Assembly: GCF_024521635.1 (NCBI RefSeq)
Contig: NW_026250405.1
Coordinates: 1,054,001-1,118,000 of the forward strand
Direction of reading: 5' to 3'
Length of the DNA: 64,000 nucleotides
Source of the DNA: Tricharina praecox
Taxonomy: Eukaryota
The notes below the pieces were generated by a model. That model saw only the letters and a program-made list of their open reading frames with translations, was not told where the DNA came from and did no database searches. The position numbers and the translations under genes are program-made. Position 1 is the stretch's first letter. Each line of letters opens with the position of its first letter. Positions 37,369 through 50,269 of this stretch are shown piece by piece.

Positions 37369-40300
37369 CGCTGAAAAGCGTGGTGGTGATGGTGCTGGTG
37401 GTGGTGATGCTGGTGGTGGTAGTGGTAATGGTGGTGGTAGTGGTAACGGTGGTAGCGGTAGTGGTAGTGGCTTTACTTGCGAGTCGGATCCAGGGAGAGG
37501 GAAGCAAGCAGCAGCAGACACGAGTTGGGGAAGTCCGGGGATGGGGGTTCTACCTATATCCACTCTGGTATGTGGGGTAATCGGCACCAAAAGGAAAGGC
37601 CCTTGGTCTGGTCCGGCAACGCGTATGGCAGGGAGGGAGGTTGCCAGGGAGGTGGTTAGCCAGAGCCAGCCAGCCAGCCAGCCTTACTTACTCGCATGCT
37701 CGACTCGCCTCGACTGGACTCGACTCGCATGGCCATTTCCACACTACGGTAGTTGGTCAGTTCCTTACTTTCTTCTTCTTCATGATCGTCATCATCTTCT
37801 TCTTCTTCGTTGTCTTCTTCGTTCTCTTTTCCAGGGTTGTGTGTGGAGTATGGTGATGATGCCCATTGCCCATGGCCATTGCCCATGCCCACAACCCTCC
37901 CCCTACCTTCCCAGCGCCGATGGCCATGATCCTTTTATTATTCTTACCAATAGAATAGATGCATTTCGCCGCGTCGTCGCCGGCGCTTGGGGTTTGCGTC
38001 TGGTCCCATCCCCATCCATCCCCATCCATCCGCTTGGCAGTCGCAGTCCCAGTTGCAGTCCCAGTCCCAGTTCTCGTCACAGTCCCAGGCCCAGTCGCCG
38101 TAGAGTGTCTATCTACGAAAGTACTTCCTTATGACTTCCTCACTTACACCTACTTACCTAGGAGTACCAAGCCCATACTATATCTACAGCTAGAATACCT
38201 ACTCTACTCTGCTATCTCGCCAGTTTACTTTTCCTTGGATTCTGGTTCGCCTCCCATTCGACATTCCCCTTTCCCCTTCCCCTCATCACCATTCTCGCTT
38301 CCACACTGGGAGCCTGGGGGCGCATTCACTTTGCCCATCCATCCATTCACCACGCCCTCGGGTGCTGGCCTTACGCACATACATAGCAGGAAGGAAGAAG
38401 GAAGGGGGGGAAGACAACCGCACGTTATTCGGATCAATTCGCGTCGGCTCCCCACATTTTTCTTTCGCACCCATGCACGCAGTAACTACGCAGCACGCTG
38501 GAACCTTGGATATTAGCCGAGAACCGTTAGTTGCTAGCATACTCTGTTTACTCGATTCCCCCTCCGACGGGGGCACGGTAGGGGTGAGTCGGATAAATCC
38601 TGCATGAGAAAGGAACGAACGAACTGGCTCCCCCTCCCTCACATGGGGGACATGGGCTGCAACTGCACCCCAACGGTTCTTCCCCAGAGAGAGACAGAGA
38701 GAGAGGGAGTGCCTGCTGTGCCTGCTGTGTGTGTGTGGGTGACGGAGTTGAGAGCGTTAGTTAGTTGGCCTCCCTCCTCCTCCTCCTCTGCAAACGAGGT
38801 TGCCAGTGGCTCACTAGCTCTGGGGGGGGGTTTCTGCTTGTTTTTTTCTTTTTCCCTTTCGTTTTTCCTTTATTTCCCCGTGCGGGGGTGGGGGTATGAC
38901 GGACCGGCGCGAGCTTGCGGAGGACGGGGGACGGGGGATCAGGCCGATCGGATCGGTTGACGAGGGGGAGGATGGGGAGGAGGAGATGGAGGAGGAGGAG
39001 AAGGCCAGGCCCGCAGCTTGGTGATCACGATGGACTATGATTGAAGTGTGGATGGAGTAGAGTGGAGTAGAGTGGAGTAACTAGAGTAGGGAAACACCTT
39101 CGTCGACCGCCGGTTTTTGGTTACAGCCAAGCGAGTAAGTACAGTAGGCAGAGTATCTATAGTTATAACTCATGGCCACGAACTGGAAAGTAGAGTCGAG
39201 TATAGACATACGAGAGAAGCTCAGCGCTGAAATCGGCCAGCACAGACCCGCTGTTTCAAATCGAACAATAGGGAGGGTACTCTATGTACGCACATATTCG
39301 TATATTATGGGAGGTGAGAGTGAGAGTTGAGGCTTCGGGGGAAGGGGTGGGGTGCTGATGGAGTGCTGATGGAGTGCTGATGGAGTGCTGATGGAGTGCT
39401 GATGGGGGGAAGGGCCTGGGGGGAAGGGCCTGGGGGGAACTTGGAAATGGACTTGGAAGGGGGGGACGGGGGACGGACAACCAACTCGCTTACAATGATG
39501 AGTTGGCCCAGACGAGACGGACCAGCTACAGGCTACAGCTGCAATACCGAGGATGAGAAAAAGAAAAAGATGCGTGCGGAGAAGCGTTGTTCGTGGGGCT
39601 GGGGGAGGATCGGGAGGAGAATCAGGGGCGGAGGAGGGGGATGACTATAAGGATGAGTATGGGGATGAGGACAAGGACGAGCAGTAGTAGAAGGACGACG
39701 ACGAGAAAAAGGAACGGCACAGGTATTTCACAACTCCCGTCAAACAATGGAGCTCTAGTTTCCGATACGGTGCAAAAAAAGCCACCGTCGGAGCAGAGCA
39801 GATTCAGGATAGATGTGCGTGCTTGCTCGCACGAAAGCAAGAAAAAAAAACGCAGGAACGCCGTCCCGCCGTACCTATTCCCCTCCCCTCCACGCAGCAT
39901 AGCATGCGGACCTGGCACATCTCGCAGTTTATATTGAGTCGTGGGCCACCATCCTGTGCTCCGTCGCGGAGGAAAGCCTCCGCGTCCCCGTCCCCAGCCC
40001 CCGTTCCTCTAGCGATGGGTTGCTGGCAGTCACGCCGGCCTTCCGCATCCAGCGCCGGCGCGGAAAAACTATTGATCCGCCCCCCGCCGTGTGTGCCCAC
40101 CGCGCAACGACTCAGCGAGTAGGGATGGCGCCGCGCCGGAATGCGCTGCAGAAACTAGTGTGGGTGCCTGGGTGCGTGCAAGCATGAGGTTCCGGTTCCG
40201 CCTGGAGTGGTTTCTCCAGAGATTTTCAGGAGTGGGTCAGATTCCGGAGTAGAGTATTAGAGCGGGTACTATTACTCTGGGTAGTTTGGGGTCGGCGCAA

Positions 40301-41932
40301 GAAAAAAATACGACGATGACCCGCACACCACCACCATCATCACGACCGTGAGATCGATGGCCGTGGAAAGTAAGCAAAGGCTCGTCACCAGAAGCCCCCT
40401 TCCCCTCTTCCCTCCACCCGCACTTGCCCAGGCCTTTTGGATTGCTTGCATGCAGCACGAGAACCAGACACCGGAGTCCCCTCCTCCCCTCTCCTCTGCC
40501 CTCCCCCATTGCTAGCGAATGGGAACACCGTGGAACTATGTATGTACCTCCAGTGTGGTGAGCCATCTAGTTTTATACATACACACATACACACATACAC
40601 ACATACACACATACATAGACGCATACATACGAGCCTACCTCACCCCGTTCACGGGGGCGGGGGCGGGGGGGTGGTGGACTCTGGAGCGGTGGGGAAACGA
40701 AGGACGGCGCTACCCCGCAATGGATTGCCCCGGGATTTTAGGCGGTCTTGAGAAGCGAACTCCGGACAAACTGTAGGCCTCCTTTGCGACTAGGCTAACT
40801 ATGTGGGTAACCAAGTACATCCTGCGTACATGCGGAAAAAGGGATGTCCATCTAGATATCTAGAGTACATAGAGTATTGTACACGTGCTATGTAACTTGC
40901 TAGGCCGACCTATGTATGGGCGGCACGCGCGGTGAGGATGGGGATGGGGATGCTAGATGCCGAGAGAAAGAAGGAGAGGATCCGGACAGCTCGACTTGAC
41001 TGGACACGACTCAAAAACCACCCAGGATTAGGGACCTACATATTCCTCGAACTTACGCATGTAAGTTTCTTTCTTTCTTTCTTTCTTTCTTTCTTTCCAT
41101 TCCTTTCCCTTCCTTCCTTCCTTCCTTCCACTTGACCGGTTCGTAACTCCTTATTCCCGTTAACCTGCTTGTTCCTAGCTGCTTCTAGTCTGTAGAGTGC
41201 TCGCGAGTCGCTCCTGAAGGAAGGGAACCGGGGGACGGCCGGGGGGGGGGGGCTGGGGCCTGCGGCGCACGATCGAAATGCCTCTATTTTGGTAGGCAGT
41301 AATCCTTCAGACTCAGACACCCCTCGTCCGTCGTATGTGTATATGCGTACCGTATGCGATGTGCATTGGTGGTCGGTCTCAGGCTATGATACTCTGAGTC
41401 TTGTCTTAGAGTGTATTTGTGCTTGTCGAGTGGTACACAAGCGTAGTAGAATAGAGTAGAATAGAGTAGATGTATGGCTTCGCTCTCGGCTACAGCCGGC
41501 AGCGGCAGCATGTGAAACTGCCGTGTTCAGTACCGAAAGGCGGGTGAGAAACTGTGCATGGCTCGTCGGATCGAGCTTCGAATCGTGTGGAATAATCATG
41601 ATTAGTATGGGTGCTCTGGCTAATGGCCATCCCTTACCTATCGTGGTATCACAGCTCATATTCACCTCGAGCCGGCGGTAACGTTGAACGTTGTACATAG
41701 AGCACCGTATGTAGTCCATCGCTGCGCTTGCGCTTCCGGCGCTGATCATTTCCGCCCAGCGTGGCACGAACCCGAGCGAGCGACGTCACCATTCCGTGAT
41801 TCTTGACGTCACTCGCACCCCCCCCCCACCATACCATCAAAATGAAATGGAGACGGTGGGAGATTATCATCTCACATCCTATCAATCACGACGAGACCAA
41901 AGCACAAATATACACACACACAGATACTCGGC

Positions 41933-43349
41933 ATGCCTTCTACTTCCAGCTTCATCCGCCTCAGCCCTTTCGTACAGCCTTCGCCGTACGGCAAGAAGGG
42001 CTCCAAATCTGTTGCTGCGAGATTCGCGACTGCGACTAGAAAGGACTTCAAGATCGATGAGGAACAGCCTTATGGCGAGGTTCGCCCCCATCTCGTATGA
42101 GGCAAGAGCTTGAGACGGTACTGATCCGAGTAGATGTGGATGGGCGACCACCCGAACGGAATGGCGCACACGCTGGACGGCCAATCACTCGGGTCGCTGA
42201 TTGAATCCGCCCCAGAGGAATACCTGACATCCGCGGTCTACAAGCGCTTCAACAGCGACCCGCACCTCCCGTTCCTCTTCAAAATCCTCAGTTTCGATAA
42301 AGCGCTGCCATTGCAGGCGCACCCTGACCGGGCGCTCGCAAAGCGGCTGATGGCCAAAGAGAAGGCCGCGACAGGCAAAAACGAGACATTCGTGGACCCG
42401 AACCACAAGCCGGAGGTAGCGGTGACGATCTCGGACGTGTTCGAGGGGTTCGTGGGGTTCCGGCCCATCCACGAGATCAAAGTGTTCCTGAAAGTCGTGC
42501 CGGAGCTGCGGAAGCTGCAGTCCGACCACGAAACCGTCGAGGCGTTCCTTGCCGCCCCCGACGACTCCAAGGACGCGCAGAGCCTGCTCAAGACTATGTT
42601 CGCCGAACTCCTGGCTTCAACGCACACGGAGATCCGTGCGTGCTCCCAGCAGTTGCTGACGCATGTCGAGCGCGACGCCGACGATGCCATAGGCGATCTG
42701 GGACGGAAGCAGGGCCTCGCCCGCGTCATCCGTAAGGTCCTCTCGGACTATCCTGAAGACGTCGGGATGTTCGCCGCGGTGTTCTTCATGAACTATGTCG
42801 TGCTGCATAAGGGCGAGGGGATCGCGGTGCCGGCGAACTGCATCCATGCATACCTCGAGGGCGATATCATCGAGTGCATGGCGTGGTCGGATAACATGGT
42901 AGGCGACTACACCTATGGGGGGCGGGACGACTGAGCTGACCGGTGAATGGATTGCGTGCGGACTCGGAGCTCCCGAGGAGCAGAACGACGCTCGCGTATT
43001 CGTCGATATGCTCCGGTATGAAGCGTCGGAGTCGAAAAAGCTGGAGTTGAAGCACGAGAAGTGGAATAAGTCGGACAATGCAAAGACGCAGATCTTTTAC
43101 GCGCCGATGGCCGAGTTCGACCTCCTCAACACCAAGCTCGACGCGGGGGAGCAAGAAGTGGTCGATAAGGGAATCGATGGACCGGCGGTCTTTGTGGTCA
43201 CGCAGGGAGTGGTCACGCTGTGTCGTTCGGATGGAAAAGAGGAGGAGAATCTGCAGCAGGGACAGGTGGTTTTCATCAAGCCTGGGACGGGATTCAAATT
43301 TAAAGCGGAGAATAAGGCGGAGGTCTGGGGATCTTTTGTGGAAGGTTAG
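41933..43349 (+). CDS. Type I mannose-6-phosphate isomerase-like protein (divergent paralogue), about 436 aa
   Basis: Exons 41933-42079, 42134-42898 and 42951-43349. Motifs PYGEMWMGDHP, LPFLFKILS, LQAHP, DPNHKPE, HAYLEGDIIECMAWSDN. The second intron, as needed for homology, ends in TGG rather than YAG. Confidence 0.85.
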
Positions 43350-43900
43350 GCGCGAGGCAATGGGCATTGGGCATTCCGTTTGATTGAATTCAATCATGCA
43401 CGTTTATGAATCATGTGTGCTCAGTAACTACCTGGCGAACATGCGTATCATACCAACATCATGATTCGGCACGCCACCTTCATTATGTGCCTTTCGATAT
43501 CACGGTACATAGAGTGGGACAGAGTAGGTACATGCGTTCAGGCAATAAACAGCCTCGGTCATGGCCGTTGCAGGTATGTAACAATCCACGCTTCCGACTG
43601 TCCAACAAAGGAAACTAGGTTGCGGAAGTCGCGTCTATTAATAGCATAATCACTATCGCGATATTGCTTCAGCACGAGAATCACCGCAGCGCATCGAGGA
43701 TCACCCGCGTTTTTACACTTTTTTGAGTTCAAACCTGACAGCAGTACGGTACTCAGGTAAAGGCAGGGTCGATTAAAGGATCACGGAACAGAAGTGGCAG
43801 GAGCGAATGAGATCGCCGATACCACAGTGGTTCGACTGTTGTAACTTATAACTTGGAGTCAAATCGCCGTGATTTCATCCCACCATCGAGACCCGCCGCC

Positions 43901-45341
43901 ATGTATTCGCTTTCAAAATCGCTCCTGCTGTTGATATCCTCCAGTCTCTGCCTTTCCAGCGCGCTCGTGATCGACAAATTTGCGGCCGAGGACTCAAATG
44001 CACTCGGGAACTGGCATGGTATGTATACCTATAGCCCCTTCGTTCATGGAACCAACTGTCTCACCGAGGCAAATCAGGCTGCGACGAGGGCGACGGGATA
44101 ACCTGCACCTGGCTCACGAACGGCCTCCGCATCCAATCGACCGACACGGACTACAGCTTCTACACGCAGCTCAACAACGGCTGCCAGGACATCACCAGTC
44201 TTAGCTCCCAGTATCTCCACGTGAAGCTGTCGGGCAGCACAGCCTTCTCCATTGCCCTGCAGCAGAACAATCCGCAATGCGACGAGGCTGTGGCGCCGTA
44301 TCCAGAGACGTGGGACATCGTGTATGCCGCCGACTACGCGGTCAGCGGCGAGATCTACGTCCCGCTGAGCCACTTCAACATCAACAAAGCGCGTGCCGTC
44401 GGCTTCGCGTTCAAGGCATTCCGGTCCACCGCCACGACAACGCTCACTCTCGTCGAATTGGTCGCAAGCCTCCCCTCCGGGCGAACAGTGCCGGCGAAGA
44501 AGGCCACCGGCTCGCTGGTCTTCCAATGCACCCGCCCCAACAGCATCGCCTTCGGCATCGACGACGGCGTGCCAGAGCTAGCGCAGCAGACGATGAAGAT
44601 CATCGCGGACGCGGGCATCAAAGTGACTTTCTTCACGGTGGGCTCGGCTCTGTACGACTCGTCGGGGAACTTCACGGCGGTGTACAAGGAGGCGCTCGCG
44701 CGCGGGCACCAGGTGGCGCTGCACTCGATGACGCACCCGAAGATCGAGGGGCTCGCCAGCGTGGCGCTGATTGATGCCGAGTTTCAGCAGTCCATCGCCG
44801 CGCTAAAGGATAAGCTCGGGGTCACCACCAAGTATTTCCGTGCGCCGTATGGAACTGATGGCGCGCTCACTCGCCAGCGCTTCGAGGCCGCTGTCGTCGG
44901 CGGCGGGAGTAGGATCATCAACTGGGTATGTCAGCTCCTTCCGGCCGGGGAACTGCCGAGTCCCATTGGCGCTACTGTAGAGGAGTCGACTGACCATCGG
45001 TGATTACTTACATATGTAGAGCATCGATATTGAAGACTGGCTCTGGGGAACTAGCAGTACTCCGGCGAAGCAGGTGGACGCGGTAACGAGGGATATCGCC
45101 AAAGGAGGCAATCTTTTGTACGATCACTCCCGACCCCCCTCTTCCCTTCCCGGTTCATCCGGTGAAAAGGTACCTACATGAAAGCGCATTGCTGATGAAT
45201 GATGTCCGCAGCGTCGCTCATTACTTGTATCCCAGCACCGTGCAGTACTTGCCAGAGTTCATCCGGCTCGCCAAGGCCACGGGAAAACAGATCATGCGCG
45301 TCGATCAGTGCTTGGAGGATCCCGATGCGCCGCCTTTGTAA
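43901..45341 (+). CDS. Secreted CE4 polysaccharide (chitin-type) deacetylase with extra N-terminal domain, 397 aa
   Basis: Exons 43901-44018, 44078-44925, 45020-45117 and 45212-45341. Signal peptide. NodB motifs FGIDDG, HSMTHP, FRAPYG, WSIDIEDW, FVAH. Confidence 0.9.
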
Positions 45342-45469
45342 ATTAACTAGTGGGAAGGGGCGGGATCGGTGATGTTTTTAAGATATATAATGTGGATCGT
45401 GGTACGCTAGTTTATTTTGAAGGCAGCATCTTACTTCAGATCCTGTAATTGTGCCTTCGCCAAACACCG

Positions 45470-45565
45470 GGTCACATGGTGTAATGGTTAGCACATAGGA
45501 TTTTGACTTGGTTTCGGCCTTTTCAGAATCTTCCTGGGATCTGGGTTCGATTCCCAGTGAGACCT
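45470..45565 (+). tRNA. tRNA-Gln(TTG) with ~24-nt intron
   Basis: Acceptor stem GGTCACA/TGAGACC (one mismatch), A-box TGGTGTAATGGTTAGCAC, anticodon stem TAGGA/TCCTG with TTG at 45503-45505, intron about 45507-45530 (partly complementary to the anticodon arm), T-arm CTGGGTTCGATTCCCAG, downstream T-runs. Confidence 0.9.
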
Positions 45566-45842
45566 TCGTTTTGTTCTTTTTATTCTTTGTTTCTTTTCTT
45601 TTCGAATCTTGTGAAGTGTCATTTTACTTGTCAGGGGTCGGCATTATCGTTGCAGCCTCCAATCTGTCGCGGTGTCTGATATTTATCGATTCCAGACGAT
45701 TGCGTTGCATGCTATCTACCTATCTACTGGTTCAGCGACCACCGCGTGAATCTATAAGATGGCCGCGCCCCACCCATAGTTATGCACGGCGTCCGTCGTG
45801 CCGGATATGTTTACGTTTTGCCGTTCTGAATCTTTACGCGTA

Positions 45843-48800
45843 ACCAAGTGAGTTCGTGAGCGAGCCCAGCACTTCCAATCTAATCTAAAGTATCGTTACT
45901 GATTCTTGGCGACCCAAGGCGAAGGGGAAGGGGAAGGAATGAAACGGTTCGAGCGGGGCTGTGCACAAGTAATTGTCTGTCGCCGGCTGCGACCGGATCT
46001 GCTTGGCCGGCCTCCCAGCCAGCCAGCCAGCCGCGCGCCCGCGCGCCCCGCCCAGCCTTATTTCCGTGTCTTGACTCTGGGTAGTGCCGGTGCCAGTGTG
46101 AATGTGCCATGTCGCGTCGGATATTTGAATTTGGGGCGCACACTGTTACATACCGGCACCGGCACCGGGTGCTCGGCTGCCGACGCCGGGCGGTGAGGCG
46201 ACGGAGAAGCATCGGACGGTTGGACGGTTGGACGGTCGGAAGGTCGGACGGGAGTTGCAGCATGCGAGGGGTTTCTACCTTTGAAGGAAGGGGAAACTGT
46301 GGGAACCGTGGGAAGGGGTTTTGCTTTCCTTCCCGCCGCGTGCAACGTGCGACGTGTGTATGTATGCACTCTAGAGTACGTGGAGTACGGTAGGCTTCCC
46401 GTTAAAAAGCAAGCATTCCCGATGCAGCCTTACAGTCCTCCCTTCGAGATGTCGAGATTCTAGAGCAGCGTTACCTACCAAGGTGTTTCTACTAACTACC
46501 GTACTGCATCTATCTATCGCTACTATCATATCTAGCCGCCTCGACCTCCAGGCTCCAGGCCTCCCCCCCTCATTCGAGCGCAGCTGCCAGCTGTGTACGA
46601 CTCTACCAGTACTTACCTCATACTCTATTTCGAGCTCGCGAGCGAAGGCGTGCGACCGCCGACTGCTGCCTGACTCTGAGCTGTCTTCTGCCTTTTTTTT
46701 TTACTTCCTGAGGGCTTGGAAGTTGAGGGATCGCGAGCGGGGATTGGCCCAAGCGCCCAACCTTACGTTGATTCGGGCTTGGTGGCGCTTGCACTTTGGG
46801 AAAGTGGACCCTGAACCGGGGGAATCAGCGAGCGAGCCACAGGAGATCCTTCCACCCCCCGCCCAATCCAGGGGCCCGCCACAGATATTTCGGTATCAAG
46901 CTGCGACACTGGTGTGGATTTTTGAATGGAATCGCGCGATAGAGGTGTTTTGAATGAGGCGAAAGCGCGGCCGTTATTCGATACATATATGACGAGAGGC
47001 AGTGGCCATTGTCGTTGCCATTGAAGGGTTGCTTCTGGAGGTCCCATTCAACACGTTCATACGTTCACACGACCCCCCGTTCTTTGCGCTTTCACGGCTG
47101 TTCTCTTTCTTCTTTCTTCTTCTTCTTTTCTTCTTTTCTTCTTTCTTCTTTTCTTTTTTCTTTCTTCTTTCCTTCGTTCTCGACTCCCTCTGGAAGGCTC
47201 ACGTCGTTGCAACATTCTCCCATTAGGTCAGGAACGTCAGCATCTTCGTTCTCACTCTCGCATTGGACAAGACTACTACCTATCATACCTCCTTGGGTAT
47301 TTTTCCAGCAGCAGCGCCATAGTAGAGTGGATAGTCGTCGTTGTACGTCATCACTTGTGCATAAGCCGCCGCCGCCGTGCGGATTACACGCAGCTGCAGT
47401 GCCAAGCACGAAAGGCAGACCAAGTGAGTTCGTGAGCGAGCCCAGCACTTCCAATCTAATCTAAAGTATCGTTACTGATTCTTGGCGACCCAAGGCGAAG
47501 GGGAAGGGGAAGGAATGAAACGGTTCGAGCGGGGCTGTGCACAAGTAATTGTCTGTCGCCGGCTGCGACCGGATCTGCTTGGCCGGCCTCCCAGCCAGCC
47601 AGCCAGCCGCGCGCCCGCGCGCCCCGCCCAGCCTTATTTCCGTGTCTTGACTCTGGGTAGTGCCGGTGCCAGTGTGAATGTGCCATGTCGCGTCGGATAT
47701 TTGAATTTGGGGCGCACACTGTTACATACCGGCACCGGCACCGGGTGCTCGGCTGCCGACGCCGGGCGGTGAGGCGACGGAGAAGCATCGGACGGTTGGA
47801 CGGTTGGACGGTCGGAAGGTCGGACGGGAGTTGCAGCATGCGAGGGGTTTCTACCTTTGAAGGAAGGGGAAACTGTGGGAACCGTGGGAAGGGGTTTTGC
47901 TTTCCTTCCGCCGCGTGCAACGTGCGACGTGTGTATGTATGCACTCTAGAGTACGTGGAGTACGGTAGGCTTCCCGTTAAAAAGCAAGCATTCCCGATGC
48001 AGCCTTACAGTCCTCCCTTCGAGATGTCGAGATTCTAGAGCAGCGTTACCTACCAAGGTGTTTCTACTAACTACCGTACTGCATCTATCTATCGCTACTA
48101 TCATATCTAGCCGCCTCGACCTCCAGGCTCCAGGCCTCCCCCCCTCATTCGAGCGCAGCTGCCAGCTGTGTACGACTCTACCAGTACTTACCTCATACTC
48201 TATTTCGAGCTCGCGAGCGAAGGCGTGCGACCGCCGACTGCTGCCTGACTCTGAGCTGTCTTCTGCCTTTTTTTTTTTACTTCCTGAGGGCTTGGAAGTT
48301 GAGGGATCGCGAGCGGGGATTGGCCCAAGCGCCCAACCTTACGTTGATTCGGGCTTGGTGGCGCTTGCACTTTGGGAAAGTGGACCCTGAACCGGGGGAA
48401 TCAGCGAGCGAGCCACAGGAGATCCTTCCACCCCCCGCCCAATCCAGGGGCCCGCCACAGATATTTCGGTATCAAGCTGCGACACTGGTGTGGATTTTTG
48501 AATGGAATCGCGCGATAGAGGTGTTTTGAATGAGGCGAAAGCGCGGCCGTTATTCGATACATATATGACGAGAGGCAGTGGCCATTGTCGTTGCCATTGA
48601 AGGGTTGCTTCTGGAGGTCCCATTCAACACGTTCATACGTTCACACGACCCCCCGTTCTTTGCGCTTTCACGGCTGTTCTCTTTTCTTCTTTTCTTCTTC
48701 TTTTCTTCTTTTCTTCTTTTCTTCTTTTCTTCTTTTCTTTTTCTTTTTCTTTCCTTCGTTCTCGACTCCCTCTGGAAGGCTCACGTCGTTGCAACATTCT

Positions 48801-49001
48801 CCCATTAGGTCAGGAACGTCAGCATCTTCGTTCTCACTCTCGCATTGGACAAGACTACTACCTATCATACCTCCTTGGGTATTTTTCCAGCAGCAGCGCC
48901 ATAGTAGAGTGGATAGTCGTCGTTGTACGTCATCACTTGTGCATAAGCCGCCGCCGCCGTGCGGATTACACGCAGCTGCAGTGCCAAGCACGAAAGGCAG
49001 A
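45843..49001. repeat. Near-identical tandem duplication, 2 copies of about 1576-1582 bp
   Basis: ACCAAGTGAGTTCGTGAGCGAG starts at 45843 and at 47419. Both copies end in CCAAGCACGAAAGGCAGA. The visible differences are confined to homopolymers and the TTC tract. Confidence 0.97.
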
Positions 49002-49729
49002 AGGTGGAACGCAGCAAAAGAAGGCGCAAGAGAACGATACCTTCTTTGGTTGTTATTCTTCCCCGCATCCAAAGCATTTCCGTCCGTTCCGCTTCGCTTT
49101 CTGGGATTCAGAGCCCGCCCGCCGCGCCCCGCACCGCCCCGCTGGAATTCCGAGATTGCTGGCCATCTAACGGACGAGGTAGTTTGGGTCACGGACCCTG
49201 AGGTTAGACTTTCCGCTGGTGGGCTCAACCGTCGGAGCATGAGCATCAGCATCGGCCTACTTTCTATCCATCTTCTCTCGCTCTCTTTCCTTCTCTTTCC
49301 TTTTCTCTCGTTTCTTCCCTCTTCCCTTTTTACTCCTTCCCCCTCCTCCTCCCCTTGTTCTAGTCTTCTCGTCTTCTCGCCTTCTCGAGAAGCCTGGCAC
49401 TAGACGTCTTGAGTGAACTCCACCTACGTCTCACTCCATCATCCACCGCCAATACTTGTCTACACGCCTGAAAACCTGCTCGAACGCCGAGTACACTACT
49501 CGCGCTAAGGATCGCCCCCTTCAAGCCACCGTACGAACCAAGACGTACCACCAACCAGCGCGCGGAGTCGATATAGTTATCCGTCTCGTCACATATACCC
49601 GTCTGACGACTCCTCTCGTCGTAGTGTTTATATAACCTTCTGCTTGTGCCCACCTCCCCGCAAAACCCCAACATCCCCAGCAGTACCGTAGACGACGACA
49701 GCTCTCGCGCAACCCCCCACCCACCCAAT

Positions 49730-50269
49730 ATGTCATCCACTCTCGTCAAGCGTTTGGCTCTCGAGACACAACCCCTCAGCAAGAGTGCCATAGGAGCCAT
49801 CGCCGGAGCGGCGGTCTTCCTCGTCCTCTTCTTTATCGGCATCGGTGTCTTCCTGTGGTTTTATATCAAGTCGTCGAAAGTACCAGGCACGCCGCATGTT
49901 GGCTCGTTCGACGATTCCAAGGTCGACCTCGAAGCAGGCGCGAACGAGAAATCGTTCGTGCCTTCAACCCCGTCTTCGCTCGTGCCTTCGACTCCGTCCT
50001 CGCTCGTGCCGTCGACGATCGTCCCGCCTTCACCGGCCCCCGCGCCGGCGAAGCCGATGCCCGCCCATCTCAATCTCGTCGACGAGACACCGGAGTCCGC
50101 CAGTGCCAACAGAAATACCATAAGCACCACTGTCCCGCCGACGTCGTCCCGGAAAAGCCGACTGCAGGTTGACAGCCAGAAAGCGGCCGGATACGACTGG
50201 AACCGAACCAGCACCGTCAGCAGCAGCAGCCTTGAAATCCCTCCTACGCCAGGAAAGGACTTTGTTTAG
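49730..50269 (+). CDS. Single-pass membrane protein, 179 aa, with P/S/T-rich tail
   Basis: ATG at 49730, TM segment AIGAIAGAAVFLVLFFIGIGVFLWFYI followed by K, three (S.VPST) repeats, TATATAA at 49629, coding-like codon bias. Confidence 0.7.
   Translation: MSSTLVKRLALETQPLSKSAIGAIAGAAVFLVLFFIGIGVFLWFYIKSSKVPGTPHVGSFDDSKVDLEAGANEKSFVPSTPSSLVPSTPSSLVPSTIVPPSPAPAPAKPMPAHLNLVDETPESASANRNTISTTVPPTSSRKSRLQVDSQKAAGYDWNRTSTVSSSSLEIPPTPGKDFV

Noticed and set aside
37400..41900. ORFs in the 4.5-kb divergent intergenic region
   Set aside because: Microsatellite-derived low-complexity frames with no coherent exon structure.
45880..49403. Duplicated ORFs within the tandem repeat
   Set aside because: Frames shift between copies at homopolymers, starts are mostly non-ATG, and there is no domain signal.
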